Shown: positions 1 to 9,305, counted from the first letter of the stretch. The stretch: 29,094 nucleotides of DNA from Actinomycetota bacterium (GCA_027318945.1 DAHVOF010000085.1:1-29094); one strand, 5' to 3'. Translations and numbers: made by a program. Notes: a model not told the origin generated them from the letters alone.

Positions 1-1864
1 CAGTTACAGACGTGGCGTTGGCTTGTGAGCTAGTGCCAGAAGAGGTGCCGTTGTACCACTGGGCTTCGTAGTTAAGGCTGCCGTTCGAGCAGTTCGAAAA
101 CATCACGTCGTACGAACCTGAAGCAATGCCGCCGATTGTATAAGTGCCGCCGCTGGAGGTCTGGCTTCCGTACGACTGGCTGGGGGTGCCAGATCCAGTG
201 GAGGCAGGAACCGCTACCACGCAGATCCCTTGAATTCCAGTGGTCCCAGAAGCATCGGTGACCATACCCGATATGGTTTCCCCAGCTGCCAGTGAGGCGT
301 TGATGCCAGTAACGGGACCAGTTGATTCGGCAGGACTCGTTACAGTGATCGAGGTCGAAGTGTCAGCTGTGACTGTTCCGGGCGTAGTTCCGAAGTCCAC
401 CGCAGTTTCGCCACCAAGGTTGGAGCCGGTAATAATGACGGATGTGCCGCCGGATGTTGGTCCTGACGAGGGACTTATAGAGTTGACGATAGGTGAAGAC
501 ACCACATAGGTGAACTGATCTGCGCTAGAGGTGGCGCTTGCACCCGATGAAGTCGTGACAGTTATATCTACAATACCGGTACCTGACGGGCTCGTGACGG
601 TGATTGAGGTAGGCGAGTCAGCTGTGACTGTTCCGGGCGTAGTTCCGAAGTCCACCGCAGTTTCGCCACCAAGGTTGGAGCCGGTAATAATGACGGATGT
701 GCCGCCGGATGTTGGTCCTGACGAGGGACTTATAGAGTTGACGATAGGCGCTGAGGTTACAGCGTTCAGGTTGGTGCCAGAGAGAATGCTGGCGCCCGTC
801 GAGCCGGTACTTGGCGCCGTTGCGAAACAGTCACTCGTCGAGGGACATGAGAGTCCTCCGATGGTAGTGATCTCGGACGGGACTGTCTGGCTGCTCCAGG
901 TGGTTCCGCCGTCTCCAGTTCCGATAATTGCGGGTGAACCCGAGACGTCGGAACCCATTGCCTCGCACATCGTGGTCGAGGGACAGGAGATTCCGCCAAG
1001 GCTATGTGTGCCTGAGGGAACTATCTGGCTGCTCCAGTTGGTTCCGCCGTCTCCAGTTCCGACGATTACGGCCGAGTTGGAGCTATCAATACCCACCGCC
1101 TCGCAGACTAATACCGAAGGGCATGAGATACCCGAAAGGCTGTTTATCCCCAACAGTACTGTCGGGCTGTTCCAGGTGCTTCCGCCATCTCCAGTTCCGA
1201 CGATTACAGCCGAACTCGAATTATTAAAACCTACCGCCTCACAAACTGAGGTAGAGGAACATGAGACTCCCTCAAGGAGGTCAATCCCGGGGGGCACCGT
1301 CTGTGGGGTCCAGGTGGTTCCTCCGTCGGTGGTTCCGAGGATTTCCGCCGACGCCAAGCTATTAGAACCCACTGCCTCGCAAACTGTAGTTGAGGGACAT
1401 GAGATACCTCCGAGGCTGTTGATACCGGAGGGCACCGTCTGCGGGGTCCAGGTGGTTCCTCCGTCGGTGGTTCCGACAATTGCCGCAGTGTCCGAATTAT
1501 TGAGGCCCACTGCCTCGCAAACTGTAGTTGAGGGACATGAGATACCTCCGAGGCTGTCGATACCGGAGAGCACCTGCGGTTGGGTCCAAGTGGTTCCTCC
1601 GTCGGTGGTTCCGACAATTACCGCCGAGAACGAAACTACAGTTCCCACCGCCTCGCAATCTGTGCTCGAGTAACACGAGATTCCGTTGAGCGTGCTAATC
1701 GTCGTCGAAAAGGTAGTGCTTACGGCCCAGCCCGATGTGGCAGCTACAGCTGGCACCGAGGTGGGCAGAAAAACTGCGACCGTTGACAATACTAGCCCAA
1801 CGACAAGATTTCTAGCCCAAGTTAGACCCGCCGAACCGAAGAAAAGACGTGCCGAAGCCTTCAT
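1..1864 (-). CDS. Secreted/surface repeat protein, truncated by the window edge: signal peptide, seven Cys-paired Asp-box-like beta-propeller blades, two IPT/TIG domains, carboxypeptidase-regulatory-like domain
   Basis: Manual minus-strand translation from ATG at 1864: MKASARLFFGSAGLTWARNLVVGLVLSTVAVFLPTSVPAVAA (signal peptide ending AVA), repeats of GISCPSTTVCEAVG...GTTDGGTTW, PIVNSISPSSGPTSGGTSVIITGSNL...ATSSADQFTY (IPT/TIG), then GETISGMVTD...GTYTIGGIASGSYDVMF. No stop in the stretches translated, and the frame runs off position 1, which explains its absence from the ORF track. Confidence 0.85.
   Translation of the reverse strand, partial: MKASARLFFGSAGLTWARNLVVGLVLSTVAVFLPTSVPAVAATSGWAVSTTFSTTISTLNGISCYSSTDCEAVGTVVSFSAVIVGTTDGGTTWTQPQVLSGIDSLGGISCPSTTVCEAVGLNNSDTAAIVGTTDGGTTWTPQTVPSGINSLGGISCPSTTVCEAVGSNSLASAEILGTTDGGTTWTPQTVPPGIDLLEGVSCSSTSVCEAVGFNNSSSAVIVGTGDGGSTWNSPTVLLGINSLSGISCPSVLVCEAVGIDSSNSAVIVGTGDGGTNWSSQIVPSGTHSLGGISCPSTTMCEAMGSDVSGSPAIIGTGDGGTTWSSQTVPSEITTIGGLSCPSTSDCFATAPSTGSTGASILSGTNLNAVTSAPIVNSISPSSGPTSGGTSVIITGSNLGGETAVDFGTTPGTVTADSPTSITVTSPSGTGIVDITVTTSSGASATSSADQFTYVVSSPIVNSISPSSGPTSGGTSVIITGSNLGGETAVDFGTTPGTVTADTSTSITVTSPAESTGPVTGINASLAAGETISGMVTDASGTTGIQGICVVAVPASTGSGTPSQSYGSQTSSGGTYTIGGIASGSYDVMFSNCSNGSLNYEAQWYNGTSSGTSSQANATSVT
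362..748. repeat. Exact 132-bp direct repeat (362-493 and 617-748) encoding the N-terminal parts of the two IPT/TIG domains
   Basis: Base-by-base comparison: GTCAGCTGTGACTG...GAGTTGACGATAGG is identical in both copies, offset 255 bp (85 codons). Confidence 0.9.
827..1675 (-). repeat. Seven tandem 138-bp (46-codon) coding repeats, putative 7-bladed beta-propeller
   Basis: The second Cys codon of each SCxSxxxC motif falls at 827, 965, 1103, 1241, 1379, 1517 and 1655, an exact 138-bp period. Positions 1368-1419 and 1506-1557 are identical over 52 bp. Confidence 0.85.
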
Positions 1865-2565
1865 TGGATTCCCCCCGCCAAATTACAACTTCGCAAATGA
1901 AGCAAATGAAAAATGAAGAACAAAGGTACTGGTGTATCCCCGAATGCGCTGACCTAAGATACAGGAATCTCCAAAAAAACTTCAGTTTCAGTCAAGATAC
2001 CACTGGAAGTCCCAGCGTTTCAATAGGTAGACAAGAATTTGGAGCACTTCGTGTGGCAGGTGAAAAGACTACGGTCCACGAGTGCGTTTTACTCAAAACA
2101 AATTTCAGCCTTAAACTTGACTTCATACCAAACCCTCTGCAGATGAGTTTGGTCCTAAAGTGCCGGCAGGAACTAGCCGGCAAAGGTTAGTCCAAAATGT
2201 TCCATCTACAAGAGCTGCCCTGCTAATCTGGTGAACAGCCAACGGCTCATCATTCTCTGAAGATGCGCTCCTCCGTACAGCCGGCTTCATCTAGATCGCG
2301 CTCGACGAGACGATGGTCGCGGGCGCAACCTTGCTCCGGACCTGATCAGGGCATTGCGATTCGGAGCGCACTACATAGATTGGGGCACAGGAATTGATTG
2401 GTCTTCACCTTCTTAAAATACGGCCGCTCAAGATACAGCGGTGCAGGCCCACTTCTGGTTCGAGTGCGCCCGCGGAGCTAGCCCGCCGATGAGCGACACG
2501 ACTACATACCTTGGGCGGCTCAGGGAAAGCGTCTCGTCGAGACTCCGGCACAAGCGGAGAATCAG

Positions 2566-4053
2566 ATGAGTTCCTTGGCAAGCTTTGGGGACAATAATCG
2601 CAAGTGGTCGATCCTCGCGGTCGTGACCCTCGGCTCGTTCATATTCAACGTGGACGCGACGATTGTGGTCGTGGGTCTTCCCCGGATACTTGATGGGCTC
2701 CACGCGAGCATTAGTGCCGGCCTATGGACCCTGACCGGATATCTGCTCGTGAGCACGGTGCTTCTTCTTCCCGTGGGCAGGTGGTCCGACTTGTTCGGAA
2801 GAAAGCAGATCTTCATAGCGGGCTACCTTTTCTTCGCCATCGGTTCCGCACTTTGCGCCCTTGCCCCTTCAGGCGGAGCACTAGTCGGCTTTCGGCTTAT
2901 CCAGGGCGTAGGAGGAGGAATCCTGGGTAGCGTTGGGATTCCAATAATTACAGAGGCATTTCCGCCGAATGAGCTAGGCAAGGCAATTGGGATCAACTCC
3001 ATCGCTTGGGTGTTCGGATCGGTGGTGGGCCCAGTCGCTGGTGGAGCTCTAGTGAGTGGATTTGGGTGGCGCTCAATCTTTTGGGTAACTGTGCCATTCG
3101 CGATTCTGGGAGCTATCACCGGAACACTCCTCCTTCCTTCCACGAAGAGCCTGCAGCGACGGCAACCGATGGACTGGGTCGGGGTTACAAGCTTTTCAGT
3201 GGCTCTTGCCTCTCTTTTGATAGCTCTTTCAGAGGGCTTGGCCTGGGGATGGACCAGCCCGCGCATCGTTGGCCTTTTCGCATTGACCATCCTGGCTTTA
3301 GCCGCATTCTTTGCGGGAGAGTCTCGACGCAAGTACCCCCTTTTTATGCTCAGCCTTTTCAAGCACCGGCACTTTGCCGCCATTCAGGGCGTGGTGGTAT
3401 TTGCCAGCATCGCATTTTTCGCAACTACATTCCTCCTGACTTTCTACCTCCAAGGCGCGCTTCACCAGACACCCCTTGCCACTGGCCTCTTGCTACTGCC
3501 GCTTTCGATACCGCAAATGGTCGCAGCGCCACTCAGCGGGCGGCTAGCAGACAGAATCGGATTTGCCCGTCCGGTATTTACAGGCCTTATTATCGTTGCG
3601 CTGGCCGATTTACTGTTGAGCCTTCTCGGACCCCATCTGAACTACGCGCTGCTGATCCTTCCCCTGGCGCTAATGTCAGTTGGCAACGGCGTCTATTGGC
3701 CTCCGATGGTCAAAGGAACCATGCAGTCTGCGCCAAAAGAAGTGGCAGGAGCCGCGTCCGGTATGTTCTATACGCTGCGCAACGTGGGCTTTACGCTCTC
3801 GCTGACACTAGCGCTCCTCAGCGCAGAAAGCAGCCTGCCGGCCGCCACGGCCACGAAAGTGTTCCTTGGGATCGAGACGGCCATCTCAAGCTCTTCCGCC
3901 GCAGCCCTTTCGCATGGGATAGACATCACGTTCCGGCTCTTTGTGCTCTGCTATGTCGTTGCGCTTGCATTTTCGGTTCTTCTGCTCAAACCGCATAAGA
4001 TGAAACTTGTTCAAACCGATACCGTTGGTGAAGCCCCTGTGGTATCCACTTGA
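2566..4053 (+). CDS. MFS drug:H+ antiporter, DHA2 (EmrB/QacA-like) family
   Basis: About 14 hydrophobic segments; D-x-T-I-V-x-V motif (VDATIVVV), GRWSDLFGRK (motif A), RLIQGVGGG, GPVAGG (motif C); GGAG upstream of the ATG. Confidence 0.9.
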   Translation: MSSLASFGDNNRKWSILAVVTLGSFIFNVDATIVVVGLPRILDGLHASISAGLWTLTGYLLVSTVLLLPVGRWSDLFGRKQIFIAGYLFFAIGSALCALAPSGGALVGFRLIQGVGGGILGSVGIPIITEAFPPNELGKAIGINSIAWVFGSVVGPVAGGALVSGFGWRSIFWVTVPFAILGAITGTLLLPSTKSLQRRQPMDWVGVTSFSVALASLLIALSEGLAWGWTSPRIVGLFALTILALAAFFAGESRRKYPLFMLSLFKHRHFAAIQGVVVFASIAFFATTFLLTFYLQGALHQTPLATGLLLLPLSIPQMVAAPLSGRLADRIGFARPVFTGLIIVALADLLLSLLGPHLNYALLILPLALMSVGNGVYWPPMVKGTMQSAPKEVAGAASGMFYTLRNVGFTLSLTLALLSAESSLPAATATKVFLGIETAISSSSAAALSHGIDITFRLFVLCYVVALAFSVLLLKPHKMKLVQTDTVGEAPVVST

Positions 4054-4409
4054 GTCACTAATGCGGCCTTTCAACATCTCGCGCCGCATGGACAGCGAAT
4101 CTAACGGGCTTACAAATCAAGAGGCCGTCTCAAGACAAGAACAGCCGTCAAGGACTTTTGCAATTATGCCTGCCTGGGCACTAGTCGGCGCAAAAAAGGC
4201 AGCCATCTCAACCAGTGAGCGAGCACTGGGAAGACGTCTCCGAATGCGTAAAAGGTAATTTGTCCACTTGCACCAGGAATACATGGAGAGGTGACGATGG
4301 TTAATACCAAGTGGGGTATTTGGTAAATCGTCGGCTGCTGCCATCTGTGCGGCACGGGCAAGCCGGCCAAGCCAGATCCCGACCGGAGCTCTTAGCGGAT
4401 AGGAAACCT

Positions 4410-5789
4410 ATGCAAAACGTCGCAGAAGTAAAAGATGGCTCTCCAGCATCGAGGACCAAAACACTCAGCCTCATTTCCTTCGGGCACTTCATAAACGACG
4501 GCATGGTGTTCTTCATTCCGGTAACCGCCGCTATCCTGGCCAAGGAACATGGGGCTCCTGCCGCGCTCATTACTGCGGTGCTTACTCTGTTCTACCTGGC
4601 AACCGCTCTTTTCGGACTTGTAGTAGGCAGGATCGCAGACATCGTCGGAAGAAGAGGGGTCCTGATCTCCCTGGGCATCTTCATCTTGTCTTTGGGTTTG
4701 GGGGGATTCTATCTGGCGCTTCTCGCCCCGCCCGGCCCTGGCGCCGACGCGCTGGCAATTCTTGCCGCGATAGTAGCGGGAGTCGGCAGCTCGTTCTACC
4801 ACCCGCTGGGGGGCTCGGTGATCCAGCTCGCCTTCGACAAGCAGTCGATGGGCAGGGTGCTTGGCATAAACGGCGCATTCGGAAGCTTGGGCCGCGCACT
4901 CTATCCGTCGGTATTTTTCATTGTTGCCGCTTTCTCGATTACACAGACCAGCACCGTGGCGATCTTCGCGGCGGTCGGCGCGATCTCAGCAGGGATCATC
5001 GGATGGGGATTGGCAGAATCGGTCTCCAAAAAGCGGCGTGGGCATTCTACGTCCGTTGCGGTACCGTCCTCAAAAGGTTCAGGTGACATAACACAGAGCA
5101 TGAAACCCAGTGCACAAAATGCGGTCTCTCACGGCGCATCATCAACTACAGGTAAGGACACGGCCAGCCAAAACGAGAGCGGAAAGCAATCAATGCGCAA
5201 CGTGCTCAACGGAAGCGTAATCGCTCTTACGATCATCGCGTTCTTCAGGTCGATGGCCTTTATAGGAATTGTTTCATGGGTGCCCATCTATCTGACCACG
5301 CAGAAGCACTTTGGCGTTTCCTCCCACCTTGGCTACACGGTGACACTTATGTATGCGGGCGGAGTGGTGGGACAGCCTTTGTTCGGTCAACTGGTCGACC
5401 GCTTTGACAAGAGGCTCGTCCTCTCGCTCAACAGCCTCCTTTCCGCACTTTCGATTATCGCCTATATCGCAACGTCAGGCGCTGCATCAATGGTTGCGCT
5501 CGTCTTCTTTGGCTTTTTCACCTTCGCCGGATTCCCCCTTCTTCTTTCTCTCGTCTCTGATTACGTTCCAAAGGGCTCGTCCTCTACCGGAAACGCGCTT
5601 GTGTGGGGGCTCGGCTCGACCGGAGGCCAGGCGATGGGACCGCTCGTAGTGGGGCTTCTGACCTTTGGGTCGTATTCTCGGCTAACGACAGCCTTCGCTA
5701 TCATGGCCGTCATTGCGGCTCTAACCGTGCTTGGAACCCCCTTGCTTGCGAAATCTGAGAATCGCACAAAGATGCCGCTGTTCGGTTGA
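4410..5789 (+). CDS. MFS transporter (12-TM type, Fsr-like motifs) with a long polar central loop
   Basis: GHFIND, GRIADIVGRR, SSFYHP and GQLVDRFDKR motifs. Start moved from 4311 to ATG 4410, which is preceded by AGGA and directly precedes the first TM segment. Confidence 0.85.
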   Translation: MQNVAEVKDGSPASRTKTLSLISFGHFINDGMVFFIPVTAAILAKEHGAPAALITAVLTLFYLATALFGLVVGRIADIVGRRGVLISLGIFILSLGLGGFYLALLAPPGPGADALAILAAIVAGVGSSFYHPLGGSVIQLAFDKQSMGRVLGINGAFGSLGRALYPSVFFIVAAFSITQTSTVAIFAAVGAISAGIIGWGLAESVSKKRRGHSTSVAVPSSKGSGDITQSMKPSAQNAVSHGASSTTGKDTASQNESGKQSMRNVLNGSVIALTIIAFFRSMAFIGIVSWVPIYLTTQKHFGVSSHLGYTVTLMYAGGVVGQPLFGQLVDRFDKRLVLSLNSLLSALSIIAYIATSGAASMVALVFFGFFTFAGFPLLLSLVSDYVPKGSSSTGNALVWGLGSTGGQAMGPLVVGLLTFGSYSRLTTAFAIMAVIAALTVLGTPLLAKSENRTKMPLFG

Positions 5790-5853
5790 GCGATTCAGCC
5801 CACGTAATCTGAGGCCGTGAGGGCTCTCCAAACACAATCTGCACATCGCAATG

Positions 5854-5870
5854 CGGAGCGGCACGCTCCG
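5854..5870. terminator. Possible hairpin terminator after the second MFS gene
   Basis: CGGAGCG-GCA-CGCTCCG, a 7-bp perfect GC-rich stem about 65 bp after the stop; no U-tract. Confidence 0.3.
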
Positions 5871-6296
5871 GCTGCTACTACGCACACTGTCCCTGCAGTG
5901 TTGTTCCTACGCGTGCCCCCTGCCGCTACAAGCTCCGAAACGCCGGTGCGCGTGAGAGCTGTATTGCGACGCATTCGTTGATTGCATCAGGGGTGTAGTG
6001 CGACACCGGGAATGCGGATCGCGATCCGACTGAAGATCCATCTTCTCAAGATCGGAAGTGTCCACAATTCTTGAGCGGGCAATTCAAGAAGTCCAGCGTA
6101 AACCAGGTCGGACACACAACTCTCCACACAGCTCATTTCATTCCAACGGATTCTGAGAGCTTCTTTGCAAAAGAAAAACATAGATGGGTTGCAATCCCCA
6201 TTCCTATTCCTGCGACGGCGACAAAATTGCCGTCGGAGAAAGGCGCTATATGACCACATTGGTTCGCCTCTTCCCGGAAGCAAGTCCTACAAAACT

Positions 6297-7001
6297 GTAA
6301 GGCTGCAGGTTTCGACCTCGCTTTCAACCTTGGCAATTTCTGGCGCGGCCTTGCTACCTAGTTCGCCAGCCTTTGCGCAGTCGTCCAACACGGTGACGGC
6401 AACTGTTCCTGTCGGCAGTCACCCAACCGGAGTTGCGTTCGGCTCGGCGAACAATGACATCTATGTCACGAATCGATACTCCGAAGCTGCTTCGGTCATG
6501 GCTACCCAGGTGGCCAAAGACCTGGCTATTGCCGCGCCGGCATATCTGACGGTATACGCCACAAGCTCTTCGGGCACTATGATCAAGTATTTTCTACCTG
6601 TGGTGAGCGACCCAGATGACGCAACTCTGCCTGTAGCTACACGCTCGCAGCCATCTGGTTCCGTATTTCCAGTGGGCGTGAGCACTGTGAACTGTTCGGT
6701 GAAAAGCTGCGACGACACTCGCAGTACAGTAGCAACAAGTTTCACAATTGACGTTCTTGGAGTGAAAAGCCAAATACGAAACCTGGAGTCTTATGCGATA
6801 GGTGTCGGACCTGCAAAAAGCCTCTCAAGCAGGATTCGTTCGGCACTTTCCGATCTCAACTCCGGCAATCCAAAACGTGCGAAGTCGGCACTTCTGAGCT
6901 TCGTCCATGAAGTCAGCGCGCAATCCGGCAAATAGAAAAGCAAGGCCAAGACGAGCGTCCTGAGCGCAGATGCCCAGCAGATCATAAGCGTCCTGGGCTA
7001 G
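6297..7001 (+). pseudogene. Decayed secreted protein: signal-like segment, one YVTN repeat, HYR-like domain, C-terminal helical (FIMAH-like) domain; in-frame TAG at 6933-6935
   Basis: ALLPSSPAFA signal end; VTATVPVGSHPTGVAF..NDIYVTN (YVTN); PSGSVFPVGVSTVNC..TSFTIDV (HYR-like); SFVHEVSAQSGK*KSKAKTSVLSADAQQIISVLG* continues 21 codons past the TAG to a second TAG at 6999-7001. No convincing start codon; the 5' boundary is approximate. Confidence 0.6.
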
Positions 7002-7013
7002 CCAAATCTTTTC

Positions 7014-7063
7014 ACCGAATCTCTCGTCCGGTGCAGTTCCTGCGTCTGGACGAGAGACCGAAT
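7014..7063. repeat. 36-bp element with 9-bp terminal inverted repeats flanked by 7-bp direct repeats; also folds as a terminator-like hairpin
   Basis: ACCGAAT [CTCTCGTCC GGTGCAGTTCCTGCGTCT GGACGAGAG] ACCGAAT read directly at 7014-7020, 7021-7056 and 7057-7063. Confidence 0.7.
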
Positions 7064-7312
7064 CTTTTGGCACGTCTTTCAAAGAAGAGCCGGCGAGCCG
7101 CTTAACCTGGAGAAATCAATGGGAGGACCATATAACGTGGCTCGCATATTGTGATCGGCAAATCGTCGCGACGTGTGATTGGGTTGCTTGATCACCCCTA
7201 TCACACTGAAGTCATGCCTTGCCTCTCGACGGGACATATCATTTCCTGCAATTGTGATAACTACCGCAATGTAGGCGCCTTGGGACGCTCGGTATTTACA
7301 AACTTCTTGACG

Positions 7313-7753
7313 CTAGAGGCCCATCCCCTGAAAAAGCTCCTCGATAGTTATGGGAGAGTTTTCGTTCTCGTTGATAGACACATGGACCGTGTAGGCATCG
7401 GTCAGAACTGTCCCATCAGCTCCCTGCGTCACATGCTTGATCCTGATGCTGGTAGTGCCGATGTCGGTCACGTATGAGGTTACCGTTACGACGTCGTCCA
7501 ACCCGAAAGGCTTCTTATACTCACAATGAGCGGAGATCACCGGAAGGGCGAAGCCGTTGGCGAGCATGTTGCTGAGCGAGATGCCAAGCTTGTGAAACAG
7601 CTGGATCTCGTTTCTGTCAATGAAGGAAAATATAGAAGCAAAATGTATTCTTGAGACGTCTACATCCTGCATCGATATGTGAATAGTCGACTCCACCTTG
7701 GTAGTTTCGAGCCGCTCTCTCCACGTCATTGTCTGCTCTTTCAATTCATTCAT
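7313..7753 (-). CDS. Acyl-CoA thioesterase, hotdog fold (4HBT/YbgC-like)
   Basis: QDVDVSRIHFASIFSFID aligns by eye with the D-T-D-x-x-G-x-V active-site segment; SAHCEYKKPFGLDD and TTSIRIKH are typical. An alternative start is possible at the MTW Met. Confidence 0.8.
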   Translation of the reverse strand: MNELKEQTMTWRERLETTKVESTIHISMQDVDVSRIHFASIFSFIDRNEIQLFHKLGISLSNMLANGFALPVISAHCEYKKPFGLDDVVTVTSYVTDIGTTSIRIKHVTQGADGTVLTDAYTVHVSINENENSPITIEELFQGMGL

Positions 7754-8596
7754 ATTCGCGCTTTCTAAAGTACTTTTCCCTGAGAATCTCCACTATACCG
7801 GACTGACCGCTTTACATCCTGCCGTTACGCCGTTCACCTGCCATGCTCTGGCGCTAATGCAGGGGCGAACAACACGCCGTCGAACTTTGCGGCCTTATAC
7901 ATCCGCGGCTCAAGCGGCTCATTTCAAAACGATCGAATCCTGTTTCACAAGCTTCTTACACCACTTACAACTTGCGGATCTGGAAAAAGATTTCCAAATC
8001 AAACAAACTTCCTTGAAAGCCCTCGTCAATCGACCGATAGGACACGCTGGCACCTAAGTTCCCTGGCAGCGTTTCTTTGCCAGCAACTGCAGATTCTTGG
8101 CCTGCGACAAGAATCAAGGTCAAAGTCAGGTTGACAATGACGAGGCCCTTTTCGGCGGTCTTTTCTGCATGGATTCGATGAATAGGGATTTGGATTTACT
8201 CCCGCGCGCCCCGTCGTAAGAACGAATATTGGATTCGACCTGGCACCTCAGGTTTCACTCTTCGCGAGCTGGATTTTGGACGATCCGGGATTTGCCGCCT
8301 CGTCAAAAAAGGACATTTGCCAACTCAGAGTTTTGCTAAAGCTCTTCGCGAACATTCGCGTCGCCAGTCCGTCGTTTCAATGTGGCTCTTTGGGACAAGC
8401 TATGCGACGGCTTTACCGTGGCGCCAATGTTCACCTTCACGGCCGACGATGTCGCTACCACGTATCAATCGGCTCAAGCACTATCTAGACTCAAAGCTTT
8501 GCCGTTTCGAGGAAAATGCGAACAGAAGAAACGGGCGAAAACTCTTATGCGGTCGAAGTAAATTCGATCCGTTCAGCAGCTAACCTGCTCAATCAA

Positions 8597-8625
8597 TAGT
8601 ATCATTTGTATGCGGGTGGATACAA
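8597..8625 (+). promoter_or_regulatory. Putative -10 box (TAGTAT) and GntR operator TTGTAT-N8-ATACAA overlapping the gntR start
   Basis: TAGTAT at 8597-8602 lies 7 nt before ATG 8610 with no SD, a leaderless-type layout. TTGTATGCGGGTGGATACAA at 8606-8625. Confidence 0.65.
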
Positions 8626-9305
8626 TGAAAGTTGGTCGAATGCCCAATAAGCGCAACGGGTCGACGATGGATTTCGCTTATGAAGCCATCAAAGCCGCAA
8701 TCCTGAACGGCCAGTATTCTGCTGGGGCTCGGCTCACAGAAGAGGACCTGGCAAAGACACTCGAGATTAGCCGCACACCGGTCAGAGAAGCTTTGCATCT
8801 TCTCGAGTCCGAACTGCTAGTGGAAACAGTTCCACGCGTTGGTCTTGTAGTTCCAGCGATCTCGATGGTCGATCTCGAGGAGATCTTCGAGGTTCGCTGG
8901 CTGGTTGACGGTTACTCAGCGCGCCTTGCGGCAAAGCGGATCTCGAAGGGTGAGCTGGCGACTTTGGAGGCCCTGCAGAAACGAATTGTCGAGGCCGCCG
9001 CGAACAAGGACAGCGCTGCTATGGGTCGCACCAACCTGCTGTTTCATCGAAAAATACTTGAGGCGACGCAAAATCGCCGTCTAATCGCATTCAGCAAAAG
9101 CATCGCAGATATCATCCAGCTGGCGATACAACAAACCACTTTGGACGGAGCCGAGTCGCGAATCATAGCCGAGCACAGCCGGATCCTTGAAGCGCTACTA
9201 GCGGAAGACCCGGATGCGGCTGAGGCTGCCGCCAGAGCGCACGTGGAGGCTGGCCTCGAATTCCACAGGCGGTACTTGGCGGAAACGACTCCACACAACG
9301 CGTAA
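8610..9305 (+). CDS. GntR-family transcriptional regulator with FCD effector domain
   Basis: wHTH YEAIKAAILNG...EEDLAKTLEISRTPVREAL; FCD domain with three His (LFHRKI, AEHSRI, RAHVE). Confidence 0.93.
   Translation: MRVDTMKVGRMPNKRNGSTMDFAYEAIKAAILNGQYSAGARLTEEDLAKTLEISRTPVREALHLLESELLVETVPRVGLVVPAISMVDLEEIFEVRWLVDGYSARLAAKRISKGELATLEALQKRIVEAAANKDSAAMGRTNLLFHRKILEATQNRRLIAFSKSIADIIQLAIQQTTLDGAESRIIAEHSRILEALLAEDPDAAEAAARAHVEAGLEFHRRYLAETTPHNA

Noticed and set aside
240-1673. Plus-strand ORFs 240-509 and 531-1673 (89 and 380 aa) with repeated motifs
   Set aside because: Antisense shadows of the Ser/Thr/Gly-rich minus-strand gene; only the minus frame gives a signal peptide and recognisable domains.
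827-1675. Regular repeats considered as a possible CRISPR array
   Set aside because: They are in-frame 138-bp coding repeats that diverge at the codon level; there is no repeat-spacer structure and no cas gene.
4087-4258. SNGLTNQEAVSRQEQ resembles the N-terminal GLTxxEAxxR motif of P-type ATPases
   Set aside because: No GxN or following TM segment in any frame checked; too short to support.
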